DNA of 64,000 nucleotides from Hypanus sabinus (GCF_030144855.1 NC_082717.1:47182001-47246000); one strand, 5' to 3'. Positions 1 to 12,850 are shown, counted from the first letter of the stretch. Numbers and translations are program-made. The notes: a model not told the origin generated them from the letters alone.

Positions 1-1034
1 AAAACAGAAATGGAACAAATGAAGGGTCTATATAGTTTAATGCCAGAAAATGCGTTTCTGGGTTGTCTTGATATGTACAGTTTCTTTTTAACAACAGAAA
101 CATTGTATTTCAAAGCTTTAGTTACAGCTGGTTTTCCTTCAAAAGCAGACTTTTATGCTCCCCAGTTGTTATTGCAGTATTTTAGGCTACTGATCTGATG
201 TTGGCATAGAAATGTAATGTTGCATTTGGGGCCTCATTAACAAATTGTCCAACAACTTTCTCTTCAACCAATAAAGGAAAATAGCAATGGTAGAAACAGA
301 GGAAAATGTGGAAACAGAAACAAATTGAATTTATAATGAAAAATTAAGAATGAAAAATAGTGATTATAGGTGGAATGAAAGGAAACAAATTGTCTTCCTT
401 CTCTCTACATCCAATGGTAGATGACAAAAATTCAAAAAGGGGCAAGCAGAAAAAGACATTACATCAGATTGTGTTTAGAAATCACTATTGATACTGTATA
501 TCAGACTTCAACATGTTAATAACTTGTGGTAGGTAAGTGGTGATTTTTCACCACTTAAGTATAGTATTTAATTGCATCCTTCATTACTCAAAAAAGTAAA
601 ACAGCCTGTTAGTATACTATTCATTATTTTTCACTGAAACAGAACAATAACTGGATAATCAAAGGCCATGGTTCTTCTCATTAACTTTCTACTATTTGAG
701 AATCACATCATATAATGATAATGAAATTATTAACTAATCACAGCAATCAATTGTATTAATTAGTTGATAACAAATCTAGAATAACACCAGGAAATCACCA
801 CTGCTGGAGAGGTCTGAGAACCATAAAGTGTCCAAGCATGTTACAGTTTCAGTATGTCATGCTTCATATTACTATACTAACATACTGCTTCCAAATGTTA
901 TTTTACAAAGGAAATCAAACACTAGATTTACAGGGATGTAAAAACTGTACAAGATTACATATAATGATTTACTATTTTAAAGAAATAAATGCAAGTTATA
1001 TTAAAAATAAAAAAAATTCAGTAATTTAGATGTA

Positions 1035-1663
1035 CAGTGGATTGAATTTAATTGGCACACACAGGGTCCAGTGCATTTTGGCCCAATTAAGTAGACGTCC
1101 CGATTAGCCAAAGTTTCATGGAAATAGTTTAAAAAAGACAAACTACTATTTAAATGACTAACAAATTATTTAACTGAAATACAGAACAATTGAGAACATT
1201 ACCAATATTACTACAGTACTACAAAACTGTGTATTACTTCCTAAAGTTATCGGAGGAATACATACAGTGTATGCTGCCGTGTTCTTTTGATTGCCTGTAA
1301 ATGAACAAAATCAGTGTAGACACCTGGTGCAGATGATAGACTGCATGAGCAGTGTCAAAAGTCACTACTTTTTAATTCTACATTGGTCAGCCCAAATAAA
1401 TAACACAAATCCTTGCAACTGATGCTATTTAAAAACTGTTCGCTGTTAAGCATAGTGTAGTGTCTAACAGCCACACAAATGCATGTGACTGATACTTGTT
1501 AAAAACTGTTTGGCAAAATTCTCTTGTCCCAATTTAGCAGCATATAGCCTAAATATATAAAGGACAGAATGGCTATTTTCCGTATTAGTTTTTGTTCTTT
1601 AATAATTGTCCCAAATAAGTGGCTACCCTATTAACCAAAGGCCCAATTAACCAGAATCCATTG
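1035..1663. mobile_element. Non-autonomous Tc1/mariner-superfamily (pogo/Tigger-like) MITE
   Basis: TA|CAGTGGATT... at 1033-1043 and ...CCAGAATCCATTG|TA at 1651-1665 form imperfect TIRs with a TA target duplication; a second copy lies at ~17571-18367. Confidence 0.75.
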
Positions 1664-1854
1664 TATTTTCATTTTCATTGGGTAACAGTGCACCACACTG
1701 ACCACAGCATCAAACTAAGGTACAAGAATCACATTACCAAATATTGTTTTACTAAATATATTCCAGAAGCAGTATGATGATGGGATTTCCACACAACCAA
1801 CATTTGTACCCTAGAAATAAACCACAATATTTTAAATGCTAAACTGGACATTAC

Positions 1855-1917
1855 CTCTCCAATTGCCAGTAAACATCCCTTATATTTTTCTATTAATGGA
1901 AGTGCATCCTCCAAATC
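1855..1917 (-). CDS. TATDN3: TATDN3 (TatD DNase domain containing 3) exon 5
   Basis: cag|63 nt|gtaa on minus strand; DLEDALPLIEKYKGCLLAIGE matches TATDN3 (human DLDVALPIIENYKDRLLAIGE); phase 0/0. Confidence 0.95.
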
Positions 1918-2593
1918 CTGGAAGAAAGTAAATAATGATCCTTAATTAAATAAAAGCACAATAAAGTGATGAGTTCAAAGAAATGACCAAAGATCAGATA
2001 ATAGACTAATTATGATGATGCTAGGCTTCTTCTAGTTTGTCCTGAAAGTTAGGATTACATAATTGCGTGTCTCAGTTTTAAACTTACTTTCCAAAGAACT
2101 TTGCAGGAACTATGAACTAATAATAACATTGTTAAGACAGGAAGGCATCCACATCTGATTAATAATGCAACAAAAATACTTCTCTTTAACCAATGAGATA
2201 TTCAAAAGTAACCAGAAGAACTAATGAGAGTGTATTATAATGGGTGAATTTAATTGTACATGATATGCAGAAGAAGAAAGGAAAAAATCTGGAGAACTAG
2301 GGTAGGAACAAGACACAAAAGACACAAAAGAAGAAAATTAAAACTGACTACATTCTCTTAGAGCAAATCATAAGTTGAAGGAATAAAACCTCATGCCTGT
2401 TTATTTTCAGGCCAAGAGAGGTTAATTCTGTCATTTACAATTTTCAAATCTGCTGACAGATGTGAAAAACACTCCTGTAAAATTATTACATTTAGTCTTA
2501 AATAACTGGCCATTGCCCCTTTCTGTGCATGAAATTATTTTAAAAATAAGGCAAGTCAAGTGAAGTTCATTGTTACTTAACTACATACACGTA

Positions 2594-2981
2594 CAGTTAA
2601 AGTCAAAAGTTTTCAGTTTTTCACAATTGCTGATATTTAATCCCAGAAAACATTTCCTGTCTTAGGTCAGTTAGGATCACTATTTTAAGAATGTGAAATG
2701 TCAGAATGATTTATTTCAGCTTTTATTTCTTTCATCACTTTCTCAGTGGGTCAGAAGTTTACATACACTTTGTTAGTATTTGGTAGCATTGACATAAATT
2801 GTTTAACTTGGGTCAAACGTTTCGGGTAGCCTTCCACAAGCTTTTCACAATAAGTTGCTGGAATTTTGTTCCATTCCTCCAGACAGAACTGGTGTAACTG
2901 AGTCAGGTTGGTAGGCCTCCTTGCTCGCACACGCTTTTTCAGTTCTGCCCACAAATTTTCTATTGGATTGAGGTCAGGACT
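2594..2981 (-). mobile_element. Sleeping Beauty/salmonid Tc1-like right end (IR/DR plus transposase C-terminal fragment), inverted left arm of a composite element
   Basis: TA|CAGTTAAAGTCAAAAGTTT terminus; inner DR CAGTGGGTCAGAAGTTTACATACACT; minus-strand peptide SPDLNPIENLWAELKKRVRARRPTNLTQLHQ...KLVEGYPKRLTQVKQF is the SB transposase C-terminus. Confidence 0.93.
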
Positions 2982-5900
2982 GAAATGGCAAATAATATGC
3001 ACCTTCGAAATAAAACTAGGGAAAAAGATAGCGAAGCCTTGAGCAAGAAAGCTGATGTTACAGTTATGGTGCCTTTGCATGCTGCTGGACCTGCACTACC
3101 TGATGATCTCAAGCGGCTTCATTTAGTACTTCTTACTGACATGACACAAGCGGTGCACTCTGCCCTGAAAAGAGAACTTGAAGATGCTTTGTCACCAGTG
3201 GAATGCTACCATGGAACAAATTATGTCTTATTACGAGTCGCACGATGAACGCATTTGTGAGGTTGAAGATGGCCTGAATGATTATAGTGACCGACCGGTG
3301 AGCACCGAAGCCACCATTGCAGCGTTGCAGAGCGAAAATGCATTTCTGAAGGGAAAGCTAGATGACCTCGAAAATCGGTCGCAGAGATCCAATATGAGAG
3401 TGGTCAGCATTCCTGAAAATTTGGAAGGTTCGGACCCTGTTAAATTCATAACCGAGTTTTTTGACGAAGTGCTGGGGACAAATTTCTTCCCAAGGTCTCT
3501 CGTACTTTCGCATGCTCACCGAGTTGGACCTAAACCATCCGGTGTCTCTGAAGCCAAGCAAACGAGACCAAGAACGTTTCTGGTTCTCTTTCACTTCTTT
3601 CAAGATAAGCAATGCATCATCAGTAGATGGCAGCAGGAGTTGTATTTCTGCGGGCATTGAGTACTTTTTCATGAAGATTTTAGTGCGGAGCTGGGGAAAA
3701 AACAAGCAGTGTTCAAGGAGGTGAAATCCCTACTTTAAGGGGAAGGGTTCGGTCTACTGTATCCTGGTAGGCCATTTAGAACAGAGATGTGGAAAAACTT
3801 TTTCACCCAGAGAGTGGTGGATATGTGGAATGCTCTGCCCCAGAAAGCAGTGAAGGCCAAGTCCCTGGATGCTTTCAAGAAAGTTAGATAGAGCTCTTAT
3901 AGATAGCAGGGTCAAAGGATACGGGGTACTGATTGTGTATGATCAGCCATGATCACAGTGAATGGCAGTGCTGGCTAGAAGGGCCGAATGGCCCACTCCT
4001 GCACCTACTGTCTATTGTCTGCCTGGCTCAGGGTCATCCATGAAGGTAAAAAGTATTATCTTGATATACCAGGGGCGGCTAAAGTATTTTACCATTCATG
4101 CTGGGGAGAAGAATGAGAAAAGCAATGACTTTTTTTAGGTTACTCATGCAGCATTGAAGGAGCCTCCCACCAAGGCAAACTGTTAATTTTCATAATTCAC
4201 TTCTTTGTTCATTTTTTCCAGTTTAATTTGTGGAACACGACCAGGTTGAACTGCTATACTGCAGAAACTGATTAACAAAAACTTCCAACCAGCAAAATGT
4301 AAGTATTTGGGATTTGCATCTCTGGCATTTAGTTTCCTAGTTTTTTTTTTGTTTTTAATGCTTTGCTTGATCTATGTTATCTTTAGCCTATATATATTAA
4401 AGGTAGAATAAGTGACTGTACAAATTTTATGGAGGGGAACCACCCTAGCTTAGATTGAAGGTTTGGTTGTATGGGCAATGCTTTGGAAGTTTTTTGTTTG
4501 GTAAAGCCTGCGATCATCCTCAGTTGGGGAGGTAGATTAAGGTTTCGGGGTTAATTGTTTTTTCTTGTTTGTGTAAAGGGGTGGGGGAGTGTTTTGGGGG
4601 ATTACCATGGCAGTTTATTCTTTTGTATGTTAGGATTGGCCAGACTTTCTTTTCATTGTGCGTTATTGTGTGCAGTTTGTGCCCTCGCACTGTTTTGGAT
4701 TGTGGGCCCTGTGTGTCTTTTGATCTGGTTAACATGAGTGCTGCTGACGGAGGCCACCCTGTGAGGTTTATTTCTTGGAATGTAAAGGGGCTCAATGGTC
4801 CTGTTAAAAGAGCTAAAGTTTTCTCTCATCTGAAACAATTAAAAGCAGATATACTATTTTTACAAGAGACACATTTAAGAGTGGAAGACCATAATAGACT
4901 CCGTAAAGCATGGATTAGTCAGGTTTTTCATTCCAGATTTAATAGTAGGTCCGGGGGGGGGGGGGGTGGCAATATTAATCACCAAAAGAATGCAGTTTAC
5001 ACCATCTGATGTAATCAATGACACTCATGGTCACTCTCTTATAGTCTCTGGATCTGGATCTCTTTTTCAGATACCTGTCATTTTCTGATTGGGACGATGT
5101 CCACTTTGCAAATAAGGTTTTGTCATTAATACCTAACCTGAATACACAGCAGCTAATCTTTTCAGGAGATTTGAACTGTGCTACTGACCCACTGCTTAAT
5201 AGGTCTAGCTTTAGGGGAACATCTTCTGGTATGGCAAAGGTCTTCTCGATGTTTATGCAACAAAATGCTTATATGGATCCTTGGAGATTTTTGAATCCAT
5301 CTGTTGGGCAATTCTCTTTCTTTTCTCTTGTTCACCACTCCTATTCCAGGCTAGACTATTTCTTTATAGATTGTTCCTTGATACCAATGATTAGACAAAT
5401 TGAGTACCCTGCTATAGTTATATCTGATCCCTCGCCCGTGAAACTGGACCTATGTTTTCCTTTAAACGTTAGAGAATGGCCTCTGTGGAGACTTAACTCC
5501 CTTTTGCTTTCCAATGAGAAATTTTGCAGTTATATAATCGGCTAACATTGACACATTTTTTGAGATTAACAAAACTGAATCAATATTGTACTCTTTACTT
5601 TGGGAAACTTTAAAAGCTTACTTGAGGGGTCAAATAATATCTTATACTTCACATGCCAATGAGGAGCGTAGGAAGGAAATGCAAGTGTTATTACAATCTA
5701 TTTTGCACCTGAATAGGCAATATTCTGAGGCACCCACTGCAGTATTATATAAAAGCCAGGCTGATTTGCAAGCGAAGTTTAATCTTCTATCTACAAACCT
5801 ATCAGAACAATTAATTCTTAAGACAGGTGGCCTCTATTATGAATATGGTGACAAGGCAAGCCGGCTTATGGCTCATCACTTGAAGCGTCAAGCTGCATCA

Positions 5901-8825
5901 CGACTTATTCCCCAGATAAGAGACACGCACCAAAACTTAACAAGCAATCCAAAAGAGATGAATAACATCTTTGCAACTTTTTATTCCTCTCTGAATACCT
6001 CAGAGTTTCCCTCAGATATAACAAATATGGAACATTTTTTAGATAATTTGGAAATACTAACTCTTGAACCAGAGCAAGTGGAGAACTAGATCAGGCTCTT
6101 GGGCAGGAAGAGATTAATAATGCCATTATAGCTATGCAGAGTGGTACATCCCCAGGCCCTGATGGTTATCCAATAGAATTTTATAAGAAATTTAAGGATA
6201 AGCTCATACTGGTCCTTCTAGAAGAGTTCCAGGAATCTTTGGAGAACGGTTCCTTACCCCCCCACTCTTTCACAGACATCTAGTTCACTTCTTCTGAAAA
6301 AGGACAAGGACACGACTCAATGTGGATCGTATCGCCCCATCTCACTTTTGAATGTGGATGTGAAAATTTTGGCTAAAGTACTTGTGTGCCATTTAGAACG
6401 CCCCTTCCCAAGATAATCTCAGATGATCAAACAGGTTTTATTAAAAATCACCATTCTTTTTTTGATATCTGTCGACTGGCTGATGTGGTTTATTCACCCA
6501 GTGAGTCTCTGAGTCCAGAGATTGTTATCTCCTTGGACGCGGAAAAGGCGTTCGATAGAATGGAGTGGGTATACTTGTTCAGTGTTTTGGAGAAACTTGG
6601 ACTTAGCAGAATATTTGTAGCCTGGGTTAAGCTATTATATCACTTGCCTTTAGCGTGTATACAGACGAATTATTTTCGATCTATTTCCCATTAACACGTG
6701 GCACTCGCCAAGGCTGCCCATTGTCCCCTCTTCTTTTTGCAATTGCAATTGAGCCTCTTCCTATTGCACTTAAGTCAACTACATTATTTCAAGGTGTTAG
6801 GAGAGGGACATGGAACACCGCGTATCCCTATATGCTGATGACCTCTTACTTTATGTTAGCGAATCTGTAGGTAGCAGTCCTGCTATTGTGTCATTAGTAG
6901 GTCAATTTGGAGCCTTCTCTGGCTATAAACTGAATCTTCAAAAAAGCAAATGCTTTCCCATTAATAACTTGGCCCTGCAGAATCTTTGCCGGTTCCTTTT
7001 TCTCAAGATGGTTTTGTATACCTAGGAATACACGTTACTCACTCTTTTACATCTCTGATTGAAGCTAACTACAGGCCTCAGGTCAGCCAAATGAAGGCTG
7101 ATTTTGAGAGATGGCGCAGTTTACCCCTTACTATAGCTGTGAGAATTCAATCAGTGAAAATAACTACACTTCCTAGATTTCTTTATTTGTTCCAGTGCTT
7201 GCCAGTTTTCTAATCTAAGTTATTTTTCAAATCAGTTGACCACACTATAACCTCCTTTATTTGGGAAAATAAGGTCCCTAGGGTTAATAAGCACACTCTC
7301 CAAAGGGGTTGTGACGTAGGTGGAATGGGCCTTCCTAGCTTTATTATTACTGGGCATCGAACATTCAAAAGGTATTATTTTGGCTTCACCAGCTAGATAT
7401 AAACTGGTGCCTGCCTGAGACACGGTCTTGCTACTCTTCATCTCTCCCACCTTTACTGTATTCTTCCTTGCCCTTGAAGTCCTCTCATTTCACATCTAAT
7501 CCAGTTGTGCTATCCACCTTCAAAATTTTTAATCAATTTCGCTGCCACTATAAACTCACATCAGCTTCAGTTTTGGGTCCCATTTATAGAAACCATCTAT
7601 TTCTTCCCTCCACACTCGATTCAGTTTTTAGACAATGGGCTTTGAACGGTCTTATGTGCATTAAGGATTTGTACACCGATAATATATTTGAAAGTTTTGA
7701 TAACCTGTGCAGTAAATATCGCCTTCCGCATAATCATTTTTTTAAAAATACCTGCAGATTTGCCACTTTGTCAAGGAAATATTTCCCTCTTTTCCTTATC
7801 TACCTCCTGTTATGTTGTGGGAAAAATTCACTCTTAGTTTTAATAATAAAGGGCTGATCTCTGTACTATACTTTCAGATGATGTCTTTGAGAGTTCAGAT
7901 CTAAACAAAACTAAGCCTAGGTGGGAGCATGACCTTGGTATGGATCTGGCTGAGGATATTGGGCAAAAGCATTGAATAGGGTTCATTTCTCATCATCATG
8001 TACTAGACTGGGGCTCATACAATTTAAAGTTTTACACAGGGTATATTTAAGTAAGGCCAGGCTTGCTGACATATATCCTGGGACAGATGCTGGCTGTGAT
8101 AGGTGTTCCTTCTCCCCAGCTGGTTTAGTGCATGCATTCTGGTCTAGCCCTCAGCTTGATGGTTATTGGGCACTGGTTTTTAAAATTATCAGTGAGCTTT
8201 TGGGGCTGATACTGAGACCTTGCCTGCTTATAGCTGTATTTGGTATGGCAGATGATGCTTTGGGTTTAAACGCAAACCAGTCGGATATCATTGCATTTAC
8301 ATCACTTTTGGCCCATAGGAGAATCTTGCTGGAATGGAAATCTGCCACTCCCCCATCTGCTGCTGGTTGGTTAGAGCACGTAATGTTTTTTCTGAAATTA
8401 GAAAAGATTAAATTCACTCTGAGGGAGTCTGTGAACAAGTTCTATTCGAAATGGGGACCTTTCTTGTCATATTTTGGGAGTCTTGAGGAATTACCTACTA
8501 ATTGAGGGTATTTGATTGTACTTGGGAAGTTGCCTCCCTTTTAACACGCATATGGTTTACCTCCCAGGGTGTTTGATGAACTGTAATATGAGTGTATTCT
8601 GGATCATCTGACATGTTGTGGATGTGTGTGGGCCTTCGTCTTGAAGTAGTGTGGGGATATGGCTGTGAAATGTCCGTACTTGTATTTGAGAAGTGTTCTA
8701 TTGTAAAAACATTAGCTACCATGGTATGCTCAGGGAGGTTGGGTGAGGGGAGCAAAATGGAGGAAAATGTAATCCATTATGTATTCTGTATTGTGTCATT
8801 CCTTCAATAAAAATATTCAAAAAAA
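2982..8825 (+). mobile_element. L1-clade LINE, near full length, 5'UTR missing, ORFs decayed
   Basis: ORF1 ~2985-4116 (coiled coil, LDDLENRSQRSNMRVVSIPE); ORF2 ~4734-8505 with APE endonuclease (ISWNVKGLN, FLQETH, GDLN, SRLDYFF), RT (SLDAEKAFDR, GTRQGCPLSPLLF, LYADD) and C-terminal CxxC...HxFW; AATAAA plus A-tail at 8806-8825; many frameshifts and stops. Confidence 0.95.
3766..4020 (+). mobile_element. CR1 LINE 3' fragment inserted in L1 ORF1
   Basis: CR1 3' end (...FFTQRVVDMWNALP..., TCTATTGTCT tail); removing it restores L1 ORF1 FGLLYP|AWLRVIHEGKKYY. Confidence 0.9.
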
Positions 8826-9101
8826 TGTTTGACCCAAGTTAAACAATTTAAAGGCAATGCTACCAAATACTAATAAAGTGTATGTAAACTTCTGACCCAC
8901 TGGGAAAGTGATGAAACAAATAAAAGCTGAAATAAATCATTCTCTCTACTATTATTCTGACATTTCATATTCTTAAAATAAAGTAGTGATCCTAACTGAC
9001 CTAAGACAGGGAATGTTTTCTACGATTAAATGTCAAGAATTGTGAAAAACTGAGTTTAAATGTTTCTGGCTAAGGTGTATGTAAACTTCTGACTTCAACT
9101 G
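8826..9101 (+). mobile_element. Sleeping Beauty-like right IR/DR (right arm of composite element)
   Basis: Encodes LTQVKQFKGNATKY* (SB C-terminus), then inner DR and outer DR GTGTATGTAAACTTCTGACTTCAACTG|TA; reverse complement of 2594-2820 apart from small indels and substitutions. Confidence 0.95.
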
Positions 9102-11240
9102 TATATAACATATATAACCATATAATGTATATACAAACAAGGCAACGTTTCTTCCAACCAGGGTGTAAAGCACAGTAGCACATGTTAACTTATGAAGGGT
9201 ATGGATACAATCTACTGATGAATCACACATAAATAACAAAGTAAAGTGCATTAATACTAAATACTGTAAGGTACATAACAGATTAATCAGTGCCACTTCA
9301 AATACAAAGCATCAATCAGGGAGTTCAAAAGCCTAATGCCCTGGGGGAAGAAACTGTTTCCCATCCTAACTGTTCGTGTTTTTATGCATCTTAGTCTTCT
9401 GCTTGATAGTAGAAAAAAAGTCAAAGGGGATGCTGGGTGGATGAGTGGGATCATTAATAATACTAAGAGCCCTGCATGTGCAATGCTCCTGATAAATATC
9501 CCTGATAATTGGTAGGGAGACCCCTATGGTCACATCTGTTCTCACAGTCCTTTGTAGGGAACTTCTGGTCCAATGCTCGACTGCTCCCATACCAGATGGA
9601 GATGCAACTTGTCAGGAAGCTGTTGATAGTGCTCTAGTAAAACACAATTAAGATGAGCAGGGAGAGAGCTTCACTTTCTTTGATCTTCGTATGAAGTAGA
9701 GCCGCTGCTGTGCCTTCATGTTCAGGGAGGTGATATTAAAGGACTAGGTGAGGTCATCTGTGATGTGAACTCCCAGGAACTTGCTGCTCTTAACTCTACA
9801 GAGCAGTCATGTATTCACAGAGGGGAATGGTTTGTCTGCGCCTTCCTGATGTCCACAATGATTTCCTTTCTCTTCTCCTCATTCAAGCTTAGGTTGTTCT
9901 TCTCAAAACAATCCATCAGCTGCTCCACTTCCTCTCTATACTCCACCTCAACATCATTCTCATTATCATCTGCAAACTTGATGTTACAGTTTGAGCTGTC
10001 ACACGTCAGCAGTGTGAACAGCAGTGGACTGAGCACACAGTTTTGGGGAGCCCTTGTGCTTAACTTAATGGGACGAGAGACATTGCTACCCACACGACTG
10101 ACTGTGGCCTTACTGTTAAGATGTCCAGTATCCAATTGCAGAGGGAGGTGTTGAGACCCAGCGAGGACAGTTTCCCCACCAGTTTCTGGGGTATGATGGT
10201 ATTGAATGCCAAAGTGAAGTCTACAAACAGCAGTCTGGCATATGAGACCCCGTTTTCCAGCTGGGACAGGACAGAGTGGAGGCATTGCATCATGCATCAT
10301 CAGTAGATCGATTCGAGCGATAACCTAACTAGAAAGGGACCGGTGTAGCCGGGAGTAAGGCCTTAATGTGCTCCCCGACCAGTCGCTCAAAGCATTTCAT
10401 AATGGCTGATGTCAATCCCATTGGATGATAGTCATTTAGGCAGGTTACTGTCACCTTCTTTGGCACTGTAATGATGATTTGGCACCTTGAAGATTGAGGG
10501 GACAATGGATAGTTCCAGAGAAATGAATCTATCTGATTGGCACCTACATCAGCTGAGCTGCACAGTCTTTCAGCAATATAACAACTATTTGCATAGCATT
10601 TACTTTGTATTAGGTATTATAAGTAAGTTGGAACAGGTATATCCAGTATTATTTAGGATCAGTTAGTCAAGCGTTTGTCTTAGTATATAGTATATATTTC
10701 ACCTTTCTATACATATAAAACACTTAAGAAACGTAGGTATTTCAATAATTAAGCCACTGTGTTGCTTAGTAATAATTGTAGCTTTCCTCAGGGCAGGGTC
10801 TTTCACATGCTCCATTATTCTCACTTTATCCTCTACAATTGTTCCGATCGTTGACCGACTGTAGCCTAATGCTTTTCCAGTGTGTGGTCAAGAGACTGCT
10901 TTATAGGTACCTGGTATGCTACTGTAAACCAGGTCTAGCGTATTTTCACCTCTGGAAGCAAAATCAACATGCTGGTAGAATTTAAGCAGGACGTCTTTAG
11001 ATTTGCATGGTTAAAATCACCAGCAATAATGAAAATACTTCTGGGGTGTTTGGTTTGAAAGTCACTGATGGTGCTGTTGAGCTCTCGCAGTTTCTCACTG
11101 GCACTGGATGGGTGGGGGGGGAATATATATACAACTATCAATACAATTCTAGTGAACTCCCTCAATATATAAAATGGTCTGCACTTCACAAAAATAAATT
11201 CAATCATCGGTTAACAATGGGACACCACCGCTAAAGTGTT
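9102..11240 (-). mobile_element. Rex1/Babar LINE, decayed (its extreme 3' tail lies at ~2551-2593, on the other side of the SB/L1 insertion)
   Basis: RT motifs [38 protein letters not shown]; endonuclease VKCRPFYILREF...IIAGDFNHANLK. Confidence 0.85.
10573..10880. mobile_element. Tigger/pogo-like DNA transposon fragment interrupting the Rex1 element
   Basis: Sequence ACAACTATTTGCATAGCATTTACTTTGTATTAGGTATTATAAGTAA resembles Tigger subterminal sequence and breaks Rex1 collinearity. Confidence 0.5.
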
Positions 11241-12073
11241 TGTACACCAGTTCTTATTTATGTAAATACAAATACAGATACAAAAGATCTTATCTAATTC
11301 GTATCACAGCATCACAATCAGTGCATATTTCTAAACCAACACTCTGGTTTCATTATCATCAGAACATTCAATTTTTTGTGTAATAGCTAGTATATGATGG
11401 CATAATTCAATGTGGTGCACCAACAAAGCTCCTCATTGTTCGTACAGAATACAGCAATCTCATGTACATAGCCTTGCAGTTTGCTTATCTTCCAGAGGTG
11501 GACTGATGAACATTTTAATAACATGAGGTGTGTTATAAATCAGGACTTCAATTTACAGTGACTAGAACAGAATATTGTGTAGCGAAATTTCGATCTATTC
11601 ATACAAGTCTGAAAACAACAATGTATTGTACCTCCTTTATGGAGTAAAATCCATACATTTGTTTGTTCCCTAGCTAAATGCTAAACTGCTATAGCTAAAT
11701 GGAAACTGAAAAGTACCTTTCTGACAGCCATTTTGCCTGTTGGCTAATTAATCCACGTAACCAATATAAATATATTTTGTGATGAGTTAGCACAATGGTA
11801 TATTACACATTGTAAGTTATCCCATGTTGTAGATTAATGGTAAAAAGAATCAAAGAGGAGTATGAATGATGGAGAAAAGGGAAATAAAAAGAGGAGCAAT
11901 GGAACTAATGATATTGTTCACCTTGGAGATGGCATCAATCCAATGGACCAAATGTTCTCCATCTGGGTTATTATATGTATACAAACAGTAGGAGGATTAA
12001 TTTTAGCTTAAAAATGCATCTTAACATTCCTTTTTCATCATAAAAATTATCACTGAACATTGCCTTGCATTAC

Positions 12074-12158
12074 CTCAAGAGTGGCACTACGTTGTTCTTG
12101 TGGTGGATTTCCTTGCACCGGATGAACTCCAAAACATGGTAGCACAAACCCAGGATAT
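12074..12158 (-). CDS. TATDN3: TATDN3 exon 4
   Basis: cag|85 nt|gtaa; (K)YPGFVLPCFGVHPVQGNPPQEQRSATLE contains the TatD GVHP motif; phase 2/0 fits exons 3 and 5. Confidence 0.96.
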
Positions 12159-12276
12159 CTGAAAGTAATTATTGTACATTATTTTATTAAATAAAGATAA
12201 GGCAAAAAGATCAAAATATTACTTGGAAAGACTCTTATATTCCTGTTGATAGTGTGTCAGTCATTAACTCTGCAAA

Positions 12277-12850
12277 AATAAGAATCTGAATTCGGCCATT
12301 TAGCTCATCAAGTCTGCTCCACCATTCTATCATGGCTGATTTATTATCTGCCTCAACCACATTCTCCTGCCTTCTTCCAGTAACCTTTGACACACTTACT
12401 AATCAAGAACCTATCAACCTCTGCTTTAAATATACCCAATAACTTGGCCTCCACAGCCATCCATGGCAATGAATTCCACAAATTCACCACTCTCTGGCTA
12501 AAGAAATTCCCTTTCATCTCTGTATTAAATTAACATCCTTGTATACTGAGGCTGTGCACTCTGGTCCTAGACTTTCCCACACAGGAAACAACTTTTCTGT
12601 GTCCATTCTTTCTCGGCCTTTTCCCCCTTTCTTCCAAATTCCAGCAAGTACATTCTCATTAACCTTCTCTGTCCTAGTACAGGCCTTCTCAACTGTTAAC
12701 TCTTTCATTCCCAGGACCATTCTCAAGAGTTTGAATGTTGTAGGTCTGTACTCTGGACACTCTCCTATGCCAGTACATTCTCTCTTAGACTGGGTACCAA
12801 AAACTGCTCACCATATTCCAAGTGCAGTCTGAAAAATGCCTTATAAAGCC
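12277..12850 (-). mobile_element. CR1 LINE 3' fragment
   Basis: Reverse complement of the CR1 ORF2 end and 3'UTR seen elsewhere in the window. Confidence 0.8.

Noticed and set aside
1-1854. TATDN3 exon 6 (VGLDF...)
   Set aside because: Not found on the minus strand; presumably left of the window
4952-4967. Long G or C homopolymers (also ~27590, ~38634, ~45825, ~63930) as G-quadruplex elements
   Set aside because: Mostly slippage expansions inside decayed TEs; homopolymer lengths are unreliable and there is no evidence of function
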